DNA of 64,000 bases from Perkinsus olseni (taxonomy: Eukaryota). The notes beneath the pieces are model-generated. The model did not search any database, had not been told where the DNA came from, and was given only the letters and a program-made list of their open reading frames with translations. Made by a program: the position numbers and the translations under genes. Of the stretch, positions 14,136 through 26,265 are shown one piece after another (position 1 is the stretch's first letter; each line of letters starts with the position of its first letter). The DNA lies in assembly GCA_013115125.1 (NCBI GenBank), contig JABANN010000120.1:1-64000 (forward strand), given 5' to 3'.

Positions 14136-14653
14136 GACAACAATCACCGTAGTTGGTATCTTGACGTGACTTTGTCTTTTTACGCTGAGTCGTCCCGCGT
14201 AGACGAACCGACGTGATTCCTGTGTGGTATAATCAGAACCATCCCTTCGGCCGGTTCACAGTTCTGCTCGTTCCTGTTTTATTATTTACTTCTTCACGTC
14301 CGTTCTGGCGGGACCGATAGCCTCCGCAAGCTTCTAGTTTCAACGTATCCTCCCCCCTCAGCCAACACCACCATCACCATTGTTTACGCGGTTTGCCGGT
14401 TTAGGAGGGTTACTGGTATCATACGATTCCTCCCTCGCTTGTTCTTCTGGTACTTCCGGGATCGCAGCGGGTTGATTCCGTGCGGGTTTCACTCCTCTGT
14501 TCCGGAAGGGCAGTTTCCCTTCGCAAGTTGCTCCCCTTTCCCGTCATCAGTATTGCGTTGATGAAGACGGGCTTGCCGCCTCCTCGCGATCGTCCCATGC
14601 CATGGTCTATTCCCACTCAGCCTTGTTTCTTCCTTTCTTTTCTTCGTGGCCGT

Positions 14654-16063
14654 ATGAGCCTTGCTGACAGTGAAGATCATCATAGTCTGGGCTCAGTGGC
14701 CTCTTCTTTGAAGTTTTCAGAGGACTCCACCATCAGCGACTGGACAGGATCCAAGGCAGCAGACAGCGCCGACGACGACAACTCTCACAAGTGCTCCAAT
14801 GTTCGTTCTATCATCAACATCGTGCTGACAGCGATTGGTAGGAGAGGTCGTCGGTTGAGCTGCCCCTTGTGATGTATCCTCATGATTGTTCTTCCTTGCT
14901 CAGGTTTGGGCGTCATCACCCTCCCAACCGTCATGGCCACTTGTGGCTGGATCGGTGGCATTCTGGTTCTCTTCGTCGCCGCCGCCCTGTCGGACTACAT
15001 GGTCTGCAACCTTTACAAAGCCGTCACGAATCATCCCAAAGGAGATCCGATCAACACCTACGAGGAGCTCGGCAGAGTTTGCTTCGGCCGTGCTGGACAG
15101 ATCATCACCGCCCTCATTGTGCACGTCACGATGACCGGCGTTTGCGCCACCCTCCTTCTCCTTCTGGGTGAAAATACCCAGAAGTTAGCGCCGGGGCTCT
15201 CGGTGACTGTCTGGTGCGTCATCTGGGCGGCCATCTGCCTTCCTTTGTCGTGGCTTAGATCTCTCAAGGAGATCTCTTATGTCGCTATGGTTGGTCTCAT
15301 CGGCGTCATAGCGCTTTTCATCATCATCGCAGCGAAGGGTATCGAGAATGGCATCACTACCGACGAGGAGATCCAGTATGATCTCTTCAACGGCGACGCC
15401 CTTACGTGGGCTGTCTCTTTCGGTAACGCCATTCTGTCCTACCAGATGGCTAGTGCTACTCCAACTCTCATTCGCGAGATGATCACACCCTCGGCCTTCC
15501 CCAAGAGTGCCTCCGCAGGTCTCCTCATCGTCTTCATCATCTACGTTGGCGTTGGTGCTTGTGGCTATTACGGCTATGGCCGGAATCTTATCGATGTGCC
15601 TATCATGAACAGCATCGCTCCGTCGGGTCAAGCTCTCGACGCTTGGGGTTACGTTGCGGTGATCGCCATGCTTCTACTGGCCTTCCCTCACTACTTGGTC
15701 ATCCTCATGCCCATCGCCGCTTCGCTCGAGTACGCTGTCAACATTGATGTAGACAGCACGGCCAAGCGCGATCTCATCAAGAGGATCGTTGCTCGTACCT
15801 TCCTGGTTGCCATCACCCTCGTCATCGCCATTGTCGTTCCTAGCGTTGACAAGCTCATCAACCTAATGGGCGTGTTCACCATGATTGCCATGGCCGGAGT
15901 CCTCCCTGCTCTGTTCTATACTAGAATACGTGTATTCAACGAGGGCTCGCTGAAGGCTGTCTGGAAGGCCCATCGGCTGGAGATGTGCCTTCTGTGCGCC
16001 CTCACTCTCCTCTGTCTACTAGTGATGGGAGCTGGCGGCTATCAATCGATCGTGGATTTCTAA
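14654..16063 (+). CDS. Amino acid transporter (Aa_trans/AAAP family), copy 3
   Basis: KCSNVRSIINIVLTAIG, intron at the same position, then LGVITLPTVMATCGWIGG; multi-TM ORF. Confidence 0.93.
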
Positions 16064-16489
16064 TCTCCGATTGTTTTTGTCGCAGAATCGGCTCCCGTGA
16101 TGTTAAGAAACGGGACGTTCTGCTCCTAGTTCCGTTTAAGTAGCAAGCTAAATCGCCGTGCTGGCGATTTGACGAGTGAAGCATATCACTTCCCTCGTCT
16201 TCCCTCCTGACTAATCAGGTTTACTGTTTATACTTAGGCTCCAGTGTCTCTTATCAAGTATCTCCGAGAGAATACCGTGACGATGCCGTGCGGGCACCAT
16301 CTGTGTTTCTTTGAGCTTTGATATCTGGTATCGTTTCCACAGTGAAACTCTCCATAACGCGGCCTTGCGTTCCGTCCCCAGGACGTCTCTTGTCTCGAGC
16401 CTGGGAGGGAGCGAGAAGTCCCACAGTGTGGTTTCGCTTGCAGTTGAGAAGAATTACGGCGGGAACATTGATTCCCCCTCTCTTTGTGT

Positions 16490-17990
16490 ATGGCCGGTAA
16501 GTGTCTAGGGTACTTCAACAACAAGAATGCGTTGAGCGACTTGGAGACTTTCACCCAGGAGGTGACTGTCTCTGAGACCAGTGTCACTACTTCCTCCGTC
16601 ACCAACACTACTAGCGTTAACTTTGGCATCACCTCTAAGCCGACTTCCCCTTCCTCTGCCACTGACCTCAAAACTACTCCCTCTTTACCTCAAGGGAAGT
16701 GCAGTAATATAAGATCTGTATTTAATCTCATTCTGACAGCAATTGGTGAGTCAAGTATCTTCGACACACTTGGGCGTCTCTTGGTACATCTCGTTTTCAG
16801 GCATCGGCGTTATTATGCTGCCTACCACGTTTGCCAACTGCGGCTGGTTTGGTGGTCTACTCATCTTGTTCGTGGTAGCTGTTATCTCAAATCATATGGT
16901 GGGGAAAATTTATGTTGCATACAGCAGCCACCCCAAAGGAGAAGCCATCAACACCTATGAGCAGCTTGGCTATGTCTGCTTCGGTAGCGCAGGTGCCATT
17001 GCTACAGCTGGAATAGTTCATATTACTATGACTGGTTGCTGTTCCACTCTATTGTTGCTATTGGGGGAAAACACTCAGAAGCTGATTCCGATGGCTGGGT
17101 TGTCGAGCAAGGTTTGGTGTTGTATCTGGGCTGCTATCTGCTGGCCTCTGACGTGGTTGAAGTCGCTCAATGAAGTGTCATACGTCTCCGCCTTCGGTAT
17201 GGCGGCACTCATCGTCCTCTTCATCCTCATTGTTGTCAACGGCATCACAAACGGGATCACCACTGATGAGGACAATTCCTACGACTGGTGGATATGGAAT
17301 CCACTCGAGTTCGGCGTCTCCTTCGGCAACGCCATGCTCTCGTATCACGTCACAAACGTCTTGGCTACACTCATTCGTGACATGAAAACACCAAGTGCCT
17401 TACCGAAAGTCGCCACTGTCTCCTATCTGTGCATTTTTGTGATATACGGTGGAATTGCTGGTTGCGGCTATTTCGGCTACGGCAACACGTTGGTGGATGT
17501 CCCCATCATTGATCGTATTGCTCCTCCCACAGGTGGTCTCGATGGTTGGGGTTATACGTGCGTTATCTCACTCATATGCCTCTGCTTCCCACACTATATC
17601 GTACTGTTATTCCCTATTGCGGCTTCATTGGAGTATCAGTTACTACCGCTACCTCCGTTCAAGGTCGATGACCCGGAGAATGCAAAAGGGACGATACCAA
17701 TTGCCAAGCGGATCGCTGTACGCACTGTCCTAGTGGCGATCACTCTTGTCATTGCTATCGTTGTACCAAGTGTTCAGAAGCTCATTGACTTACTCAGTGT
17801 ATTCACCATGACTGCCATGGCCGGCATTCTACCTGGTATTTTCTACATTAGAATGCGTGTCCTCAACGAAGGATCGTTCATGACTGTGTGGAAGTCCAGC
17901 AGGATCGAGCTGTCTATTTTGTTCCTTATGATGGCTTTGAGTGGGCTGATGATAGGAGTGGGCGGATACGAGGCTATTGTTACATTCTAG
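16490..17990 (+). CDS. Amino acid transporter (Aa_trans/AAAP family), copy 4
   Basis: KCSNIRSVFNLILTAIG, intron at the same position, then IGVIMLPTTFANCGWFGG; multi-TM ORF. Confidence 0.93.
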
Positions 17991-18649
17991 TACTAGCCCC
18001 TGGGATTCTCTATCCTTTATCTAGTCATTGTCCTCAGTGTGTCAAATTACGAGTTCATTCTATTTGGTACACTTCTTGTCTAGCATAGATTCCTACTTAT
18101 CGTTTCTGTTTCTTCTTCTCAACTTGCTGCATTTCCGCTGTATTGGAGTAGCCCTCACAGGAGCTCCAACATTCACAGCGGAATGCGAGTGAAAGACGAT
18201 GATACCAGTTGCGTCCCTATCCTCATGTTGAGTTGTATCAGAATGAGTTCACTATCACGGTACACGGAGCTATTCTCACCGCATACCGGGCTCTAAACGA
18301 TACGGATAGGCCTGCCCAGTGCATCGTGGTAGGCGGCCACACGAGTAAGCCGTGTCCGCCTGATACAGCTGTCGGACGTACGGTGTCGCTTCCCGGTCGA
18401 GCCAGGAGCCCATCATTAATGTGAGGTCACTTCAAACTCAACGAACTGAGGATATCGTGCGTTTCATCTTTATTGGCAGCTGCTAAATGTATCAGTGAAT
18501 CATACAAGAATAGTAAAGAGTCGATGCTGGTGCTGCTGATGTACACTACGACAGCAGTTAGAGCATCACCTTGATGCGATGACGCCTAGTGCCCTCTGGC
18601 AGCTCGGCGGACCTCGGGGATGGCATCGGTCTGGACTAAGATGAGGACT

Positions 18650-21600
18650 CTAAGGCAAGTTGTTGTAGATGCCAGATCTCACCTGTCCCAAGTTGATAGT
18701 GATGTGCCTCGTCGGTCGAGGCCGCGGACCGGCAAGGCTCACGCCTGTTGCCAAGTGACCAGACTGCTTACGCCGATACTGGCGAATCCTCTCGTAGGTC
18801 TTCCGTCGATCGTCCAGGCTATTGTCCGAACCCTTCGTGCCTGTCACACCGTCACGGGCCCACATGACATTCAACTGCGCATTACCTGACTGATCGCTGT
18901 GACTTGGTCGGCTCTCACCGGGCGATGGCGGGACAAGCTGCTCCTGCGAACTCGAGGATCTCGGCCCTTGGTGTGACTCCTTCACAGCAGGAGGATGTGG
19001 TAAGCCGTGCGGCTCACCACTACGGACACGTCTATGCCTCGGAGGAGTACCGTTTTGTAGGAGTGTCGCTCCGTTCGCCATCTGCTCGGCCGCCGCGTCC
19101 TGGACGTAGGACTTCACCATCTCAAACATCGTCTCGGGCTGGCAGCCTTTGACCGATATCACAACGCCCAAAAACAGTTCAATATTATACATGAGCTCAG
19201 TGTCACGATCAGAGCCCCTCTGATGGGCTATGGTGTACATCTCAGTCAGTGTTCTGAAGTTGCAGATCCGCCGATGATGAATCTCCTGGACGAGGGTATC
19301 ATCTATCTGGACGCCAGCTCGAGCGAGATGGTTTGAGAGCATCGGATGGTCTCCAATACATGTGGTGAAGGTGGGGGTCCACACACCATCACACGAGGAG
19401 CAGGTGACCTCAACACGGTCGTGGCCCCACCAGTATTTCGCGCACTGCCAGAAGTCACTGATGCGCATACCGCAGTCGGGGCAGTTGCCACCGATGTCGC
19501 ACAGTCCGAGGACATGAGGGCCTCGAAGGGAGATCTCTTCGGTTGCTGAACCACCGGCAGCCAGCCGGTCGAGGACTCGCCAGAGAACGTGGGACTTGGC
19601 ACGACCAGCTCGCAGGTGGGTGACGGTCGCGCTGACCAGGACGCCACGAGCCCGCCGATGGGCCGCTGACACCAGGCCACAATTCGGTATCGCAGGGACG
19701 ATCTTCGTTTCTGGCTCCACCTGATGATGATCCAGAAAGCGTCAAGTCTCAAAGACCGGCTGGGGACCCTACCTGGAGGCTCTGAGTGGCCCTCATGAGC
19801 CACTCAGTCGGCCGCGACCTGGCGTCAATCGGAGATTCCGGCACCGGCGGATCGGGCGTTGATATCAGAACTGGCGGGGCGACGTCGATGACCACAGGCT
19901 CGTATGCTCTCTTGACCAGCAGCAATATTTGGTTGGACGTCCGTAAGGCTGCCATCTTGCCTCCATCGGAAGCCCTGAGGGAGGCCAAGCGTGAACTCCC
20001 TCACAAACAAGTTCCCCATCCCTACTCTGTCGACCCCGCAGCAACATCGCCATCCGCCGCCGCCCAAACCTGAGCAATATGTGCGACGATAATTCAGAGA
20101 CCGTACCCCTACCTGACAACCCTTGTCGAAGACCCAGGCTTTGGGTGTGTCAACCACGCTAAGCAGGAAGAGGTCGAAGGTGTGCGTCCGGTGGCGGTCC
20201 AAGAACAAATCTAGAAATGGCTCGACGGAGAGTTTCTGATCACCCCACTCGTCCAGGTCAGCCGTGTTCTCTGGGCGGCGACCTGAGGTTGAGACGGGTG
20301 ATGCTGAGATACAACTCCTCCGATAGAACAACGGCGTTTGGTGACCAGAAACTCCGCGGTCTGTCGAGTGTGCGGGATGGTCTACACCTTGCGACTTGCA
20401 AGTTGCCAGGACCCGAGCACAACGACTGCTGTGTGCCACTTACCGAGAAAACCCGCAACATCGAAGGTTCGCTCCTCACCGTCATTCTCCCGGACGTATC
20501 TGTATACCAGCGTCGCGGAAGGGAGCCCTCGAGAGGCAGCCTTACTTCTTATAGTTGGCAAACTGTCTGGTCATTGCCTCGAGGCACGCGGCTTGGACCC
20601 GAAGCTTGAACTGAAACCTGATGCACCAACGACAAGTTACGATCTACAAGGGACAATATCCAGCCCCAGCCCCGCAGTGACGAGCGCTAGACGGAAGAAT
20701 GGCGAACTCATCGATAAGCCCTCCTCAAACTTCGAACTTTGTGATTAGAGATCGCTGAGCCATGGAACTTGGCGATACCGAGTAAGTAATGAAAGACAAG
20801 CTTTGGATGATGTAGGGGTGCTCTCACTTGCTGTGATGCCGAGGGGTCCGCGTCTTGCGGCGGATGGGTCGGTAGTCGGAGCTGTTGGTACTAGACATGG
20901 TCTGAAAGGGACAGTGGCGGACAGCTGATGGTGGATGTTGGAGGCGAAATACTCACCCCTTGCGACCATCGGACGGCGGGGACGGGAGCTGCCTGAGTGT
21001 CATATGGACGGAAATAGGAGGACCAAAACTCGTCCAAGGCTGCCTCTAGGGAGTTCGCGCCTGAGTGGAAAGGGAAGGGCCGATGCTACAGAAATACTGG
21101 GTTTAATCGGAGAGCTTGTCGATGAAGCATCGGGTAGCAACGGAGATGTCGTCCTACCGGAGTCCCCCTGGCTCAAGATGGACTGCTCGTCACTCCCCAG
21201 TGAGAAGGTAGAGGCATTGAGATCCACTGATGCCCTATCGCCTCGGGACCTAGCGGTGTATTGCTCCCTCAAGGCATCCAGGCCGAGCACACGGCAAGCG
21301 TCGGAGCACAAGGGAGGTAGCTGCCGCTTGAGGACCTGATACGGGGGGGGGCTGAGTAGAAATACTGAGCACCTTCATCCTTCGGCCTCGAGTCGAAATC
21401 ATCCGGAATCAAGTAGCATAGGTCTTATACCATATACGTTCTTTTCTTTTAGTGAGTATTCGCAAACTATTGGTCTATTCTGGTTCCTACGCCTAGCATG
21501 CGCCCGACATGGAAAGGAACAACATAGTGGTAGGCTTACAGTGGCCATGGCCAGAGGGAGGACTGGCAAGGGGGCATCGTCTCCTCGATCCGCCCGCTTC

Positions 21601-23292
21601 TGAGCGGGAATCACTTTATCGTCCTCTAGGAAACTGACCAGCAGGCAGTTTATCAGGATCGACCCAACACTCCAATGGCTACACTATGTTAATGTCAGGA
21701 ATCTTCTCCAGCCACGAGTAGCTCTCTCCAGGCGGGATGCAGGTACCGAAAAATAAAGGGTAGGGGCCTTGCACTAAATCCTTGGCCGCCGACAGAGGGG
21801 CGTAAGGCAGGTACCTGTTAAGCATAGAGAATCTACCAGGGACACAGAGAGGGGCCTACACGTCGTTCCAGTCGAAGGGGTACAGCATGACGCGAATGCT
21901 CTCCAGTACTGTGGTGAGTAGAGTCCCGCTTCGCTTCCTGGACACGATGACCAGGCGTTGGTCGAGTAGGAGACGCTCCAAGATAAATATAATAGATTCT
22001 GACCGGATGAAGGGTGGAGGTCATTCAGAGTGATGACAAGAGCTCACGCGTTGAAAGGTGGGCGAAGAGCGGTAGGAAGTCCACGTCTCGGGTGAAGCCA
22101 AGGCAGCCGCCTTGCAGGGTCAGCAGTGGACCTGGGAGAGGAGATAGGGTCTTAATAAGTGGGCCGAGGTGGACCTACCGACGTTGCCGAGCAACGAGGT
22201 CGACGTTATAGCGGACGGGAGGTAGGGATAGACCACTGGCAGCGAGTTGACCTGCAGCAGATACTGTAGGAATAACAACAGCCGCTGCTGTATCGACGAT
22301 ATCCTCCTACGGCATGATACACCGCAGACATGAACTCCCGCTGGAGCGCCAAGGCTGCTTCAGGCCTGAAGGGGGACTCAGTGGTTGAAGGCGAGCCGGC
22401 TTGACCGAAGCATACTCGAACCGCCGGAGGGCCTCGGACCGTTCCAAAGAGATATTAAAGAGTCGTCCGAGTAGATTGCGGTGGGCGGTGAGGCATGGTA
22501 GAGTAGAGAAGAAACCGATGGCTATTGGGGTGTACCTGCCCACAAGGCTACGGTGGTGCTGCCACGCTGGTCTCAGCGGCCGTAGAACAATTTGGTATCA
22601 TAAGCATCGAGGTAGAGAGTCTTAGAGTCGAGAGGCTCATAGCCCAGCGTTGCAGTAACGTAGAACATGCTGTATCCTAGGTCCACCAGTACCTAGGACA
22701 GGGCAGGTGCTGGCTGAATCGATCGCGATGCGGGCGATGTATGGTACGAAATTGCCAAATTCAAACGCGGCCTTATCCTTGTCCAAATCGGTGAGTATTC
22801 GGCCACCCAAGGGGTACAGCATCCTTGCGATGGCATCTTGGACTTGCTCCGCACTGCAAAGGATACCCATCAGAGTGATCACAGGCGACAACCAAGGTAC
22901 TTGAAGTAGTCGGCCACTTTGTCTCCTGTCCGGGTTGATTGGACTGGTGGGTAGCTCGCCCGGAGAGCCATCTTCCATCTATGACTTGTCAGTATATGTA
23001 TAGCTGCAGCCTCGCTTTTGGTGCTATCTCCAGCCGAGGATCGACTCTGGTTCAGGGAGGTATCTAAGGTTGAAGCTGGTCACACTCAGAATAGCATGCG
23101 CGAAAGATTCGCCCTACCCGGAGTCTCATTGTCTTTAGTCTCCCTAGTGCTCCGTGTAACAGCTCTCCGGAATGTCGTACGGACGGCGGCCCTGAGGGAA
23201 GCACTGAGACAGGCTGCGTCAACGCGGGACTTACACGAAGGAGTCGAGGGCGTTGCTGCCGCTTCCACCTTCATCGTCTTCTCCAGAATCAT
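18650..23292 (-). CDS. DENN-domain Rab GEF with a C-terminal DENND4-like Zn ribbon (multi-exon)
   Basis: uDENN-like YTPIAIGFFSTLP. Core DENN ILERLLLDQRLVIVSRKRSGTLLTTVLESIRVMLYPFDW (~21860-21985) and YLPYAPLSAAKDLVQGPYPLFFGT (~21740-21815). C-terminal CPDC..W..CSSC..WTP Zn ribbon in ORF 18650-19720. Start approximate. Confidence 0.75.
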
Positions 23293-24076
23293 CCTGACAA
23301 CACAGGAGGGTCTCTAGGTCGATCATTGCGTGATACGCGGCCGGTACAAGCGTGCGTTTGGCACGTAGTAAGATATCCATGGCCGCTGGCGATTATAGAG
23401 CGTTGAGCAGCTCTCGCTGTGCTGCGTTATCTCTATTTCCTCCATGCGTGACATTCAAGCTCGTAAGGCTCGTCAGTTCGGTACCAAATTTCCCGCACTT
23501 CCCGAGCTTCAACGCTCGAGGATTGGACAACAACTAATGTCAATGGCTATGTCAATAATACAGCCGTTCGTTCCGCAAGTTCAAGCTGTATGAGACTCTA
23601 GCGATCCTCGATAATTCAATCGCACTGCAAACCGCCGTGTGGCTGCCACTCTAAGCCATCGCTAACGTCCAGGGTAAAACTGACAGGCGCTCCAGTCGCC
23701 CACCTACCGGTAGGGGGGACCCCGAGAGTGGATGGAGGTGCCCTTCCGAAGTGTCGAGGCCCACTATAAACACTCGCGACACGAACTCATGAGGCTTGCT
23801 TGGCTCCCGCTTGCGCTGCTGGGGCGACGTCGAAGGGGCCTCCGCTTGGTTGTCGAGCAGGGACGCGGATGACATTACTTAAAGGCCATTCGCAAGGACA
23901 TGCAAGGCTGCCTCGGACTAGAAAGTGGGAGGGAGCGTGGGAACGCCACAACGTGTAGGGCGACAGAACTGCTTCCACCTGTTGTGGAGACCGAAAGATA
24001 TAGACAGAATGGGTCGGATGAGTAAAAAGTCTGTCGATTGTCGTCAATCGGTAGCTGGGAGAATTCAGCAGCTCAG

Positions 24077-25878
24077 TCAAGAAGTGGCGGGGAACTCCAC
24101 ACCCAGCGGGCGGAGGCCGCAGTACTGTCTCGATCCCGGCTTCGCGTCGTATCTGAATAAGAGCGAAAATGGACTAGAGTGGACCTAGTCCCACGAGTAG
24201 TACTGCTGGTGGTAGTCCTCGGCGTAGTAGAACGCAGCTGCTGGCTCTATCTCAGTGACTATGGTCTTGTCCTTCAGACCGGCGCTGGCCAGAGCTGCTT
24301 GGTATTCTTCCCTGAGTAAAAGCGCCATCAATAACAGCACTAGAGAACCATGATTTCTGAGTCAAACTAAGCCGCCCATGGCGAAGCGCTTCAAACTGAC
24401 ACATACATAACGGCTCTTCAGGTTAACGGCCCCTGGTTGAGCTCTTGATCCTACCTAAGTTACCTGCTTTTCAGAGCCTCCTCCTTCTGGTCATCATTAT
24501 AGTAATATATACCGCTCCTATACCTACACCCGCTACAACGTCATCACAAACTTCTATCACCACCACCAACTCACTGTGAGCCGCGATCGTTTCCCTGCGC
24601 CATGGGGACAGTAGGGTCGTGGCCGCTCCAGAAAACCTGCTCACATTCTCCTCGTCAGCGCTATCCAAGGCTGCCTCTATCACCTTGAGTAGGTCCTTGT
24701 ACGTTACAATCTTCGGGTCATAGACGATTCTGGTGACCTCCACCTGATTGGTGTTGCCGCTACAGACCTCCTCATAGGTGGGGTTGGGCGTGGTGCCCTG
24801 GGCGTATCCAACCTACCCATAGACCAAAAACGTGGACATCATTCTGTCAGATATCCCTCTGAGTGTTTTACATTACGCGATAGAGAGTTTCGCGTTTGTT
24901 GAATTAAGCGAGAAGCGGCAGGAGCGACGTAAAGACTGTACTTCATACTTCGAATTAATGGACGCGAAACACGCCATTTCGCGCACCACGCCTTAACACG
25001 CGTGCTCGCCCCACACGTGTACGCACAGAGCGCGCAATGGCAGATGTTACTAATATCACCGGGCCGAGCCAGGTTCGGGTGCGCCGCACAGATGAGCAGG
25101 GGGGCCTTCGCAACTCGTGGGCGTATCAGAGACCGACAGTACGCCAGGCTCGTAGCCGCTAGGGATAATCCGCTCCGCGGGCTCTATGCACCATTCGAGC
25201 GAAACTGAGCCATTGCGCGTTATACTATGCGCCATGCATACTCCGGTAGCGTTTGGCACAAGTCTATCTTAGGCCTAGCCCATTCATTAGCGATTTAAAT
25301 AAACGAGCGCGGTCCGATTGGGTACTTCGCAACTCCCAGCAGGGATTCTGTAGAATGTAGACAGCACAACGACCACTTCCCATGCTACGAAGACCGGCGA
25401 AAGGAAGACAGCCAGGATTTATTCGATCCCTTCGAGACTGATGATACTACCTGCGTTGAGAAAACTCCATCCATTTTTACGAAAAGGTTCTCGGAGCACC
25501 AAAAGCAGCCCATCCCGAACATAGCCTGCTCCATCCCAACAGGCCAGGGGCCGTACATAGGATTACCCGTCACAAAATTCACCGTTTCCTGAGAAAGTAT
25601 CTTTCCTGTGCCTTCCTTGCACAATCCTAACTCCACCGTTCTACCATCAAAATCACTTATCACGGTAGCCATAGGGTCTACGAAGAGCCCCCCGATATCG
25701 AAGACCCTGGCCGGAGAAAGGCGAGGCCTATTACCTTTGACGGGGCCTTGGGTATGGGGTAGGTCCGCCCCCTCAGACAGTCGCCCTCGGGCAGCAGCTG
25801 TGCTGGCGACTTCCTTATAAAAAAGGCCATGATACTTGCTATGATGGTACGAATATTCTGCAAGACGTTTTGCTGCAT
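24077..25878 (-). CDS. msrA: Peptide methionine sulfoxide reductase A (multi-exon)
   Basis: [71 protein letters not shown]. Long intron at 24813-25450. Start at 25878 or 25830. Confidence 0.93.
24870..25260 (-). ncRNA. Candidate structured ncRNA of unknown family within the msrA long intron
   Basis: Perfect 11-bp long-range stem (25031-25041 with 25209-25219), plus nested helices that pair through G-U on the minus strand but show A-C mismatches on the plus strand. Flanking hairpins at 24875-24895 and 24963-24983. Confidence 0.45.
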
Positions 25879-26265
25879 AAGAGATCTATTTTCTCCCTCC
25901 TCAGCGACGAGGAAGGAACTGCACTGGAATGAGAAGCGGTGGCCAAACCCGCTAGGAGCCTGTGCGAACTCGGACGCTCCGTGTAGCTCCGTACGTGCAC
26001 TTTACGCAAGACATGAAGAGCCAGAAACGACCGTCCCCATCCTTGTTGGAGCAGCTCATCAATTAGCAGTGTATAATAAAGGTATTTGAGGTCTCTCGGC
26101 GATAGTCCTCCTAGAAGTGCTACGCTGTTGCTGTTTCTTCTCTCTAACACACGCCTCGTATGTTTGGCGGTCGGGCAAACCCACTGTCGAGTCGTCCAAG
26201 GGTTTCTGAGGCAGACTAGATCTTCAGCACATTCTGAAACCCCTCGTGGATGCCGCAAACCATGT

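Noticed and set aside
12958-17733. Many short alternative-frame and antisense ORFs repeated across the transporter array
   Set aside because: These are shadows of the paralogous transporter coding sequences.
18200-23500. DIRS/tyrosine-recombinase element suggested by fragmented overlapping ORFs
   Set aside because: The fragments join as DENN-domain exons; no RT or YR motifs are present.
24932-25219. U3 snoRNA on the plus strand (AAGACTGTACTT start; CTGA before the terminal stem)
   Set aside because: Box A (GGATCA) is absent and box C' is poor; G-U pairing favours the minus strand. Should still be covered by the cmscan check.
25021-25232. SRP RNA or hammerhead ribozyme
   Set aside because: No helix-8 CAGG-GNRA-AGCA geometry; CAGATGAG is not the CUGAUGA hammerhead core.
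25485-25520. Selenocysteine MsrA
   Set aside because: The catalytic codon is TGC (Cys), not TGA.
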